Source of the DNA: Candidatus Jordarchaeales archaeon
GTDB lineage: Archaea; Asgardarchaeota; Jordiarchaeia; Jordiarchaeales; Freyrarchaeaceae
Assembly (NCBI GenBank): GCA_038889235.1
Contig: JAWAHN010000002.1
Span: 254,356-286,355, forward strand
Length of the DNA stretch: 32,000 bases
Reading direction: 5' to 3'
The notes under the pieces are model-generated. The model did not search any database. It was not told where the DNA came from and saw only the letters and a program-made list of their open reading frames with translations. Positions 1-8,667 of the stretch are shown piece after piece. The translations under genes and the position numbers were made by a program. The stretch's first letter is position 1. Each line of letters begins with the position of its first letter.

Positions 1-817
1 GTAGCTCTTTCGAAACAGCATAAGATGGACTTACTGCGAGGAATGCCTTAATGTATTCAAGTTTCTTAACTTCCTCTCCTAGCATTTCTTTCCTTGCAAC
101 ATTGTAGCGTGCTAGCTTGTAGAGGGCAGTAGCCATCACTTCCGGTCGACCAGTGAGTTCAACGCTCCTAGCGTCAGCATAGTACTCTCTGATCCTACTA
201 AGGTACAGCAGGATGAGCTCCGTTACGTAGTACATGACCAGCGCGCCAAGCCCTATAAGCAAGGCGGCAGGTCCTCTTTCTCTATTACTATAACCGAAGA
301 AGATCGTTGAAAGATAAATGTAGTAGCACATCAGAGGTATAACACTCAGCATGGTCATGATCAGCATATCCCTATGCTTTATGTGCCCTATTTCATGCCC
401 TATAACGGCTTCCAGCTCGTCTTCACTGAGCATCTCCAACAAGGGCCGCGTAACACAGACACGCGCACCGCGCATAGTCCTCCCATAGGCAAATGCGTTT
501 GGAACACTAATATCCGAAATCCCCACGCGTGGCATGGGAACGCCTGCTCGAGCTGCAACTCTCGCCACGATATTATATAATCGCGGGTTTTCATGTGGAC
601 TGATATATCTTACTTTCATTACAAAGTCGACTGTTCTAGGACCTAGTATGTATTGTATCGCCATGACCATTACTGCAACTGCTAAGTAGAGCAACGGGAT
701 CTCTATACCAACAAGGTACATGAGTACTGCTATCAATGCGTTAATAAGTGCAAACATTAACGTGACAACTAACAGCATACGTAGCTTGAGCCCCAACGTC
801 CTCAAAAAGACCACCAT
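1..817 (-). CDS. htpX: HtpX family (M48) membrane zinc metalloprotease, 3' end runs off the window
   Basis: Not in the ORF track because it has no stop in the window. Manual translation from ATG at 817: MVVFLRTLGLKLRMLLVVTLMFALINALIAVLMYLVG...PNAFAYGRTMRGARVCVTRPLLEMLSEDELEAVIGHEIGHIKHRD (HExxH)...LSRIREYYADARS. N-terminal TM helices and the REYxAD third-ligand motif are typical of HtpX. Confidence 0.9.
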   Translation of the reverse strand, partial: MVVFLRTLGLKLRMLLVVTLMFALINALIAVLMYLVGIEIPLLYLAVAVMVMAIQYILGPRTVDFVMKVRYISPHENPRLYNIVARVAARAGVPMPRVGISDISVPNAFAYGRTMRGARVCVTRPLLEMLSEDELEAVIGHEIGHIKHRDMLIMTMLSVIPLMCYYIYLSTIFFGYSNRERGPAALLIGLGALVMYYVTELILLYLSRIREYYADARSVELTGRPEVMATALYKLARYNVARKEMLGEEVKKLEYIKAFLAVSPSYAVSKEL

Positions 818-1236
818 GTAATTACTCCAATCAAATTCTTTTTATTCTTTTCTCTTTTATTGCATAAAAAAGGCTTTTTTTCCGTTACTTAATGTTTTAC
901 TTATTTTTTGGTTAAATGGTTTCATTTCCTGGTTGATTTTGGATAAGTGAGGCGCAAAATGCTTCAACAGCCTGGCAGCAGGCTAAAACCTAGATTGAAA
1001 GCCATTAAGTGAACAGCAGTGTTACGTTGGCATTTACTTGTTGGTTTTTTCATAGACACTTTAAGTCAACTGTGCCCCTCTAAAGACACATTTTTCGATT
1101 TACATTGTAGCAAGCCTTTACCAGTCTGGGCAGCATCTATGTGGCTTCAGAGCCATCTAAAAACCCGCCAGACACGCTTTAAAACACTTGTGTAAGCCCA
1201 CAAAACCTAGCTTCCCGCATGGTTTGCTCAAAATGT

Positions 1237-1267
1237 TTTTTAAGTTAAGATATCCATTATTAATGGA
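1237..1267 (+). promoter_or_regulatory. Putative TATA-like element followed by a perfect 15-bp palindrome (candidate operator) upstream of the amidohydrolase-vWA pair
   Basis: TTTTAAGTT at about 1237-1245; TCCATTA-T-TAATGGA at 1253-1267; ATG at 1326. Confidence 0.35.
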
Positions 1268-1325
1268 GAGGATCTAGGAAGAATTTTTGAAGTGAATGTT
1301 GGTTTAAGAAAGGGCGGTAAGAGAG

Positions 1326-2840
1326 ATGCTAGAATTCGTTGAGAAGGGCTCTGGTCTTTCACATAAGATTTATGTTGTCGATGCACATCACCATCTAGGT
1401 GCCGATAGAGATGGTCAGAGTAACCGTAACCCAGCTGCTCCAGGAGGCACATTCGACTTTTGCGTTAGACTGAGTAGCCACGTCGCAAAGATGCTTGCAG
1501 ACGGAAAAGTTGACCTTAAATTTCAACCACACGGCTTCCTAAAAGAGCTCTTGGAAAGCGAGGAAAAGTGGAGGGATACGCTTAACGGAACTTGGGTGAT
1601 AGATAAAACCGTTGTTTTTCCTTTCAACGACGAGTTTAAATGGAAGGAGGGGGATGAGGGAAAAGCAACTTACTGGAGATCGAATGACAACATTTACAGG
1701 TGGGTTTCACGAGCCCCTTACTCGTTGAAGCTGATAGGTTACCTGCGCCTAGTCCCTCATGAAGGTGAGCTAGCCATAAGAGAACTTCACAGGGCGGTCA
1801 AACAACTTGGTTTAAGGGGCGTAAAGCTACATCCACGTTCCGATGGCTGGAGTAACGAAATAGACTCCGAGCCTGTTGAAAACCTCCTCGTCGAGGCGGC
1901 CAAACTGGGGGTTCCCGTGATATTCGACACTCGTGGATTCAACCAAGTGGTAGACATAGCATCGGTAACTGTTAAAGCGAGAGCCAGGCTTGCAAGAATT
2001 GACAAACGCTTAACAAGACAACTTAAAATAATAATCGCCCATATAGGGTTCCACTTAGGTTACGATGAACTTTACACCGTGTTAAGCCATCCAAACATTT
2101 ACGGTGAGGTTTCAGGCATACAGAGCTCGGGGGTGCAAAAGCTATTCGAAGACGCCCCCTTAAAACTGGGGGAGAATCTGGAACCATATTACTCGTGGTC
2201 CGAGAAAATAATTTTTGGAACAGATTTCCCATACTTCGACGTTTATCACGCTGCGCAGTTCATCTCTTACGTGCTAAGCGATGACTTCCCCGGAACAATA
2301 CACGATGCGCAGCGAATACTGGGTGTTAACATTCTGCGCCTAATCCCTCCAAGAATGGTCAATGTCCCCCGTGAGTTGAAGTCGGTCCACGTTGACAGCT
2401 CCATTTTTCCTTTAACCCGAAAAGTGCTCGCCTCAAAAATCACAAAATTGTTCAGTGAAAAAAAGATAGACATCTCCTCTTTCGATGAATTCCTCAGTCT
2501 TCCTCCAAAAGCATCAGTTAAAGATGGCTGCCTCCTATTACTGAAAAACCATGGAAATAACGGTAAAGATGTTTTCCTTGCGCTCCTTCCACTTATAAAT
2601 TTCGGAGTAGTAACGCTCTTTGAAAGCGAGTTGCCCGACACCAAGCAGCTAACTAGTAGGGAATTGGGTTATGACGAGTTTTCATCAAGACGTCAATTTT
2701 ACGAAAAATTATGGCCTGTTACTGTCGAGAAAGACTCTGCTGAACTTGAGAGAAAGCTAGATGAGCTACTTAACACTTTTTTAGAAAGTGTAAGAGGTGA
2801 TGCATCAGTTAAGTTAAATATGGGTTCTTCTTCTGAATAG
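1326..2840 (+). CDS. Amidohydrolase superfamily (amidohydro_2-like) TIM-barrel metallohydrolase with a ~160-aa C-terminal extension
   Basis: DAHHHLG (HxH), GVKLHP, IIAHIG and IIFGTDFP motifs. The strand-5 His of the usual PVxxH motif is replaced by Asp (PVIFDT). Confidence 0.85.
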   Translation: MLEFVEKGSGLSHKIYVVDAHHHLGADRDGQSNRNPAAPGGTFDFCVRLSSHVAKMLADGKVDLKFQPHGFLKELLESEEKWRDTLNGTWVIDKTVVFPFNDEFKWKEGDEGKATYWRSNDNIYRWVSRAPYSLKLIGYLRLVPHEGELAIRELHRAVKQLGLRGVKLHPRSDGWSNEIDSEPVENLLVEAAKLGVPVIFDTRGFNQVVDIASVTVKARARLARIDKRLTRQLKIIIAHIGFHLGYDELYTVLSHPNIYGEVSGIQSSGVQKLFEDAPLKLGENLEPYYSWSEKIIFGTDFPYFDVYHAAQFISYVLSDDFPGTIHDAQRILGVNILRLIPPRMVNVPRELKSVHVDSSIFPLTRKVLASKITKLFSEKKIDISSFDEFLSLPPKASVKDGCLLLLKNHGNNGKDVFLALLPLINFGVVTLFESELPDTKQLTSRELGYDEFSSRRQFYEKLWPVTVEKDSAELERKLDELLNTFLESVRGDASVKLNMGSSSE

Positions 2841-2868
2841 TGGATTAATGAAAAAGGGAGGGGCTGTT

Positions 2869-4338
2869 ATGCCCGACGCGAACCAGGGTGATGAAAAAAA
2901 TAGGACGAATGAAGAGTCTGCCAAACCCCTAAAAGCAGTCAAAAAAGTTGTGAAGAAGAAAGAAGGAGAAGTCGAGGTCAAGGCAGAAGGGGAACGCAAA
3001 GAGGAAGAAGTCCTCAGTAAAATGTTTAAAGAGGTGGAGGAGACCAAAAAGGAGAAAATCCCGAAGAAAACTTTCAAAGTATCGGTCAAAGAAGGGTTAT
3101 CTGGTTACATATCCATCAGCGATGTGGACGCTAAGGAGCTCGGCATACATGAAGGCGCAATAATTGAGTTCGAAGACCCGCTTTCTGGATCCGGAGGCGT
3201 CGCTCTCGCGCACTTGGATAAAACTGTCTCTGCGGGGGTTGCAGTAATTGAACCAGCCCTCAGCGAGGCATGTGGTTTAGATGAGGGGTTCGAAATAGAC
3301 ATAAAGAGGTTTGAAGGTACTCCACAAAAGTTAACTAAGATCTCCTTTGGTATTGAGCCCTTGGAAGGTGAGGCTGAGGAAGCTATAAAGCGCGTGACAG
3401 AATCCAAGGAAGAATTTCAGAAGTGGCTTGACGGTCGAGTTATATTCAAGGATTGGGTTCTTAAGAATCCGAAGCTTAAAATTAACGTTTATATTGTTTC
3501 TACAGAGCCTCCCCTTACCGGGAGGCAGGTTGGAATAATAAACTTCGCTGAAATTAAAGAGTATGAGGTTAAACCGTGGAGGGCAGCTGTCCCCTTCAAC
3601 GCCATACTACTTATAGACGTTTCAAGAAGCATGCTAACTGAAGATATGAAAGTTGCTAACATTGCGCCAGCGATTGAAGCTATAAAGACTATTGGCGGTG
3701 AGGAGATACCGGAACTTAAGGAATTTCTCGGACAATTCCAGGAAGGAAAATCCGTTAAGAGAGTTGCTGGCGCAGTGTTCGCCGCCTTACTTTACCTAGT
3801 AGAAAAAGTAGGTAGAGGGTATGGAGAAAAAGTAGCTGTAATAACTTACTCGGAGGACGCCGAACCAATAACATTCCTAATGACGGGAGGAGTAAAGCTA
3901 CCATACTTCCATCCAGGAAGGAGTAAAATAGCAGGCGTATCGCAGCTCAGTAGGCTGATAATCGATAGGCTTAACAGGGTTTCCAGCCAACACACGAACA
4001 TGTCGCAAGCCTTGATGAAAGCTCTAGAGTTAATTGAGATGTGGGATAAAGAAAGCGAGGAGAAAAAGCTGCCAACAATGGTCGTGCTTCTTAGCGACGG
4101 ATTTCCCGATGTGTGGGGAGAAGAAGGACCTCCCGTCCAAGTTGTTCACGACCACTTCTCTAAGAGGAACGATGTCGTAATATACACAGTTGGTATAGGC
4201 GGGGAAGTTCAGGAGAGGATAATGGAAGCTATAGCTTCGAAAGGCCGCGGGGTCTACTACAAGGCAGAAGACTTAGGAGAACTATTAAACTGGTACCAGA
4301 AACTTGCACGAGACCTAGTCATTAGGCTTGAAGCTTAG
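2869..4338 (+). CDS. CDC48/VAT N-domain-like (double-psi barrel + beta-clam) fused to a vWA domain with intact MIDAS; K/E-rich N-terminus; no AAA domain
   Basis: Start is probably ATG 2869 (GGAGG upstream); the ORF track starts at 2848. ISISDVDAKELGIHEG...GLDEGFEIDIKRFEG and WLDGRVI...IVSTEPP resemble CDC48_N/CDC48_2. MIDAS elements: LLIDVSRSM (DxSxS), QHTNMSQAL (T), VLLSDG (D). YTVGIG is a typical vWA strand. Confidence 0.8.
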   Translation: MPDANQGDEKNRTNEESAKPLKAVKKVVKKKEGEVEVKAEGERKEEEVLSKMFKEVEETKKEKIPKKTFKVSVKEGLSGYISISDVDAKELGIHEGAIIEFEDPLSGSGGVALAHLDKTVSAGVAVIEPALSEACGLDEGFEIDIKRFEGTPQKLTKISFGIEPLEGEAEEAIKRVTESKEEFQKWLDGRVIFKDWVLKNPKLKINVYIVSTEPPLTGRQVGIINFAEIKEYEVKPWRAAVPFNAILLIDVSRSMLTEDMKVANIAPAIEAIKTIGGEEIPELKEFLGQFQEGKSVKRVAGAVFAALLYLVEKVGRGYGEKVAVITYSEDAEPITFLMTGGVKLPYFHPGRSKIAGVSQLSRLIIDRLNRVSSQHTNMSQALMKALELIEMWDKESEEKKLPTMVVLLSDGFPDVWGEEGPPVQVVHDHFSKRNDVVIYTVGIGGEVQERIMEAIASKGRGVYYKAEDLGELLNWYQKLARDLVIRLEA

Positions 4339-4391
4339 CCCCCACTCCCTTCAACTAGTAACACCGACCGCACCGAGTAAAAGGGCTGTCT

Positions 4392-7300
4392 CTACTTCGG
4401 TGTGAATGTAACTGTTATCAGGGCGTTTTGAACGAGTTTGCGTGGGATCTCCCTGAGTTCCCCCCTCACTTTTTCGAAGAAAATCATTCCCAAGTAGTAT
4501 GATTCGGTGTTTTCCGGTCTTGGAACTTTCCACACCAATGGTTCTCCTGTTATTTTTTCTATTTTCCCTTTGGTAAGCGTTAACTCAGCTGTTTTCCGCA
4601 TAATAACCTTCTTGGTTTTCTTTTCGAATATGGCGAAAACAGCTCTTACTTGCAGCGGGTAATCCGTGAAGCTCTGAACAGCCGGTGAAATTTTGTACTC
4701 TAGCTCTTTTTCTATCTGTACGAACTCTGAGAGGGGTGGTGTGCTCAAGTATGCCACCCTCAATACAGGTCTTACAGCTTCAACTTTCACGTACCTTTCA
4801 CTAACCCATCCTAATTCCTCTCCTTTTCTAACTTCAAACCTAAGTTTACACTCTTTTCCCGTCGCAAAGAGGGGAGCCTTCACAGGTATCTTAACGAGAA
4901 CTCTTTCTTTCGCTCCCATCTTCACCGGTATAGTTTCCTGCAAAACAACGGCACCGTCAACGGATTCCATATATACTAGGTCAAATGTCAACGGACTGTT
5001 CACATTGTTTTCAAGCTGGATTATTATATCTTGAAGAGTTCCCGGCGCCATAATTCCCGGTATTTCATGCAAAAAGACATTTACCGCCTCTTTCAGACCT
5101 ATCACATTGACTTCCGCACAGTCCTCAATTATGCTTCGCCCCTCTTTTATCAAAATAGCCTTCACAGTAAACTTTCCAACATGATTAGGAGCGGTTATGG
5201 GGGGTATGTCTATCACGGAGTCCAATATGGGTTCCTTCAAGGGTATCACTGCTTCTTTTACCTCCCCCGCCTGAGACACCGTCTTTACTACGAGGTCACA
5301 CGGCACTAGTGTTCTGCTAAGCCCTCTTATCTCAACTTTCCCTGTGAACGGCGACCCTAACGCGACAGTTCCAGGCATCGATGTAAGCTTCAGAAATGTT
5401 TCTTGCCCCCTAACCACTCTGAATTTTATAGGCGTCTCAATAAGGTTTATGAGTTCTCCATTGTGGAAGACTTCCGCAGTGAAGTACATTGTGTCCTCGT
5501 TCTTGCCACTTTCCAGAACATCATCTGTAATAACCCACTTAATTGGTATGTTCGTTGATACCCCCGGTTTAACCGACAAATCGAGGATTTTCTTCTCTGC
5601 CCCAGTGGTCATGGATTTAACCTTTACTATAATGTTGACCGGGGTTGGCGAAAGCAACTCACTCGCGTCAACCATTACCTTGCTCTCCAGAGTCTCTCCC
5701 ACATTGTAAGTTTGCTTAGGAATGCGTCCAAACTCTACTGAAACCATTGCTCCCTGGAAGAAAACCCTGAAGTCCCTAGACCACGCTTCCGATACAACTC
5801 TTCCACTCGAATCTATTAATTGCGCTCTTATAGAACATCTTGGGCTAATCCACGAGCTGTAGAGCCACGGCTTCAAAGTGAGCGGCTCTATTTCAACCCA
5901 GCTCCCCTCAGCCTGCCCCTCCAATACTGCTTTCGCCCAATCGAGCTTCGCCGTCTCTTCCGACATCGCAACAAAGAGAACTTGGTCTCGTGCCCTTATA
6001 GGTTTAAGGTACACCCCCCACGGTTTGATGTCACTCGTCACGTAGTCAAGCTCACGGCCACTGTCCTTATCCACTACCGACACTTTGAGAGTTAGATACA
6101 CGTCCTGCGGCGTGGTGTTTTCAACAGCAACTATGAATGGTATTTCGGTCTCACCAGTCACTATTACTCCGTCGACCTGCGCTATCAAGTCTGCTTTACA
6201 GTTAACCCTGTAAACAGGTATCGCCAGCTTCTCAACAGCAACCGTCTCAGACGAGACAGCCAGTTCGGCGCTAAGCGTGTACTGTGAGATCCCCACTTCC
6301 GTCTCAAACTCCATTTCGCCGTACCTTCTTTCTCCGGGTTCTAGAGCGTCTAGGACAAACTCCTCCACAAGCACTTCTTCACCCTTCTGGTTCACTACAA
6401 CGCACCTCAAAGTGAGGTCTCTTAACACCTCATTTCCCTTGTTTTCAACGAACACTTTGCAAGTCACAGTCTGGCCCTCAAACACCATGGGTGTCTCAAG
6501 GACCGTTTCAAGCGAGACTGGCACCGTAACAAACTCTTGTAGGTTCGGGGTCCCCATCAGCGGGTCGCTCCATATGTTGTTGCTCGTTTGATCAGCAATT
6601 ATCTGCAGCTCCCTTGCCAAGCTCTCGATGTCCTCCCCCAGTTCAAAGAACTTTTCAAGCTGGTAGTCTGCGGTAGTCATCGGAGCAATCACATTTCCTG
6701 TCAAGTCGCCGTAAACACTGATCAAAAGTGGGTTCAGATACTCCGACTTCAAAAGCCCCAGCTCATCAAGCTCCTCCCTCAAGAAGAGGAACATGTTCTT
6801 TACAGCGTCCACTAATCGTTTCACAGGCTCTCTACCGCCAGACTTAAGGTCGAAGAAGTACGAGCGCGCAAAGTCAGGGTACCTTTTAACGAATGCGTCT
6901 AGATCCCTTGGCTTGTAGAAAGCCCCCGTAAGCCCCCACCTTATCGCCGATCTCCTGTTTTTCACTAGCGTTTCCGAATCTACATCTGGTATCTCTTCCC
7001 CAGCATCGAGGAGCCTCTTAGCCTTGAGGGCTATTGCTTGAAGGAGAGCGGCTATGGCAACCTTTCTTATTACACTTATTTGGCAGTCAAAAAATCTGAT
7101 TTCAACAGTGCCGTACTTTGTGAATGGGTACATGTCGCACATCCTGGCAGGTGTACGTCCAATAGTTTTTTCGAAAAACTCTTCGTCGAGAGATTTAAGG
7201 TATGGAATGTAGTGTTGCGGGTCATCTGGCCCAAGCTGTCGAACATTAAGCTGAAGCCTTATGCTTCTAACACAGCCTGGGGCTTGAAGTTTTCCGTCTT

Positions 7301-7934
7301 TCAGCGTGACGATATCTGTTGGCCGCCCATTCACAAAGGGAGAATTAACCGAGAGCGCTATCAGGTGGGGTATGAATGCGCGAATAAGGTTATAAACGGC
7401 AAGCCGCAACTTCGGGTCGGGGACGCCTATGTGGTGGTGGTCTCCGAAGCTTAGCCCTTGCTGATATTCCATCAACGGGTTTAGACCAGTCATTATGAGT
7501 TTAACTCCCGCAGGTAGGGAGTCGTGTGAAAGTTTAATCAGCGTGTGAAGCCACCAGGCAAGTTCTTCTAAGCTTTCACAGGGAGGTGTGGCTACTTCCA
7601 AAATCCACGTTATGGTTCCTATGTGGGGGTCGCGTCCCAGCACTTCTACATCCACTTTCTTTCCGTCGGGGAGAGTGTACGTTAAAATCAGGGTTTCTCC
7701 TCTTCTTTCAACAGGTGAGACCCTAATGTTAGACGTCTTCTTACCTATTCTCCTAACTAACTCATCCTGTGGCTCCTTGAGAATCGCTTTGAGTTTGTCT
7801 GCAACATCGTGAACGATTTTCCCCATTATACTAACCATTTTCTCTCCGTCAATCCAGCGTCCCTTCAAGTTCACTATTTGAATCTCTGACTCTATGCCAT
7901 GTGTGAACGGCAATTTCAAACTTGGTAAACTCAC
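4392..7934 (-). CDS. Glutamate-cysteine ligase family 2 (GCS2/YbdK-like carboxylate-amine ligase) fused to about six Ig-like beta-sandwich domains
   Basis: N-terminal ~460 aa: HGIESEIQIV (ExE), LEVATPPC, GDHHHIG, LIALSVNSPF, GTVEIRFFD. From residue ~471 (nt 6524) there are repeated ~105-130-aa beta-rich units, e.g. CKVFVENKGNEVLRDL...LEPGERR (CARDB-like). GTG start with GGTGA RBS. No signal peptide or TM segment seen. Confidence 0.8.
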   Translation of the reverse strand: MSLPSLKLPFTHGIESEIQIVNLKGRWIDGEKMVSIMGKIVHDVADKLKAILKEPQDELVRRIGKKTSNIRVSPVERRGETLILTYTLPDGKKVDVEVLGRDPHIGTITWILEVATPPCESLEELAWWLHTLIKLSHDSLPAGVKLIMTGLNPLMEYQQGLSFGDHHHIGVPDPKLRLAVYNLIRAFIPHLIALSVNSPFVNGRPTDIVTLKDGKLQAPGCVRSIRLQLNVRQLGPDDPQHYIPYLKSLDEEFFEKTIGRTPARMCDMYPFTKYGTVEIRFFDCQISVIRKVAIAALLQAIALKAKRLLDAGEEIPDVDSETLVKNRRSAIRWGLTGAFYKPRDLDAFVKRYPDFARSYFFDLKSGGREPVKRLVDAVKNMFLFLREELDELGLLKSEYLNPLLISVYGDLTGNVIAPMTTADYQLEKFFELGEDIESLARELQIIADQTSNNIWSDPLMGTPNLQEFVTVPVSLETVLETPMVFEGQTVTCKVFVENKGNEVLRDLTLRCVVVNQKGEEVLVEEFVLDALEPGERRYGEMEFETEVGISQYTLSAELAVSSETVAVEKLAIPVYRVNCKADLIAQVDGVIVTGETEIPFIVAVENTTPQDVYLTLKVSVVDKDSGRELDYVTSDIKPWGVYLKPIRARDQVLFVAMSEETAKLDWAKAVLEGQAEGSWVEIEPLTLKPWLYSSWISPRCSIRAQLIDSSGRVVSEAWSRDFRVFFQGAMVSVEFGRIPKQTYNVGETLESKVMVDASELLSPTPVNIIVKVKSMTTGAEKKILDLSVKPGVSTNIPIKWVITDDVLESGKNEDTMYFTAEVFHNGELINLIETPIKFRVVRGQETFLKLTSMPGTVALGSPFTGKVEIRGLSRTLVPCDLVVKTVSQAGEVKEAVIPLKEPILDSVIDIPPITAPNHVGKFTVKAILIKEGRSIIEDCAEVNVIGLKEAVNVFLHEIPGIMAPGTLQDIIIQLENNVNSPLTFDLVYMESVDGAVVLQETIPVKMGAKERVLVKIPVKAPLFATGKECKLRFEVRKGEELGWVSERYVKVEAVRPVLRVAYLSTPPLSEFVQIEKELEYKISPAVQSFTDYPLQVRAVFAIFEKKTKKVIMRKTAELTLTKGKIEKITGEPLVWKVPRPENTESYYLGMIFFEKVRGELREIPRKLVQNALITVTFTPK

Positions 7935-7940
7935 TTACGG

Positions 7941-8657
7941 TCACCTGCCCTCCAGATCTTTCACCAAAGCAACCAGGTTTTCAATCACTCTACTTATCAT
8001 CTTCTCAGGAATGCTTAAATCCAGAAATGAAAACGACTCCTTACTTTTCACGAAAACATGAATGCAGCACGCTATGGGGCCACCCCCAAATGTTTCACTG
8101 TCATACGCCACCTTAACACCGAAGTCCACCAACCTGCTGATAATGTTGTGCCTATCAATCGTTGTAAAGTCGTTCACAAAGACTACATCTTCCATCACTG
8201 GCATTTTGAATGAACGCATAAGCGCAATTACAGTGTTTGCGTCTCTCTCTCCAGATAAAACTAGAGAAATTATCTTTGCTACTTTTTCACAGGGCTCTAA
8301 ATCCTCACCTGACCCTGGTATCAAAAAGTAGTAAAAAGATTTTCCATCTTTTTTCACGTTTTCAAAGACCCTTTTTATACAGTCCGAAGAAAGCTTGTCT
8401 TCTTGTGTTGATATAAGCATTAATCGAATAGTTTCTTCTCCTTCTTCCGGAATCGAGAGCACTCCTTCTTTTACTAATCTCCCAATCTTATTTGTCAACA
8501 CTTTTTCGATTGATAAGTGGAGAAGCGAGTAGAGCTGCGAGTACTCCGCTGCCAGTTCAACAGACAGAGAAACAAGTTGTTCTACCTCATTCAGGGATGA
8601 GAGAAGCAAGTCTACAGTTCGGCCAACTTTCTCATAAACACTGGCGGCTCTCTCCAT
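7941..8657 (-). CDS. Hypothetical protein; possible degenerate N-formylglutamate amidohydrolase / Zn-exopeptidase-like fold
   Basis: Long ORF tightly packed in the operon (6 bp from the GCS2 start). Probable start ATG 8657; the track starts at 8687. Weak resemblance only: FVNDFTT ~ xDxHS, GVKVAYDSETFGGGPI ~ GxxVxxNxPYxGGxI, CCIHVFV ~ AIQIEI. Confidence 0.6.
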   Translation of the reverse strand: MERAASVYEKVGRTVDLLLSSLNEVEQLVSLSVELAAEYSQLYSLLHLSIEKVLTNKIGRLVKEGVLSIPEEGEETIRLMLISTQEDKLSSDCIKRVFENVKKDGKSFYYFLIPGSGEDLEPCEKVAKIISLVLSGERDANTVIALMRSFKMPVMEDVVFVNDFTTIDRHNIISRLVDFGVKVAYDSETFGGGPIACCIHVFVKSKESFSFLDLSIPEKMISRVIENLVALVKDLEGR

Positions 8658-8667
8658 GAACTTCCGC

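Noticed and set aside
374-594. Short ORFs 374-580 (+) and 400-594 (-)
   Set aside because: Both are shadow frames of htpX, which the track missed because it runs off the window.
818-1325. Long intergenic region as a possible ncRNA or MITE
   Set aside because: No terminal inverted repeats with target duplication, no stable long hairpins and no recognisable RNA motif; only promoter-like AT tracts and one palindrome. The same holds for most of 14570-14940.
4693-7812. Numerous 70-140-aa plus-strand ORFs opposite the GCS2-Ig gene (and similar S/T/F-rich antisense ORFs across the window)
   Set aside because: Antisense shadows of well-supported genes, with no motifs or RBS and with the composition expected from reverse-complement codon bias.
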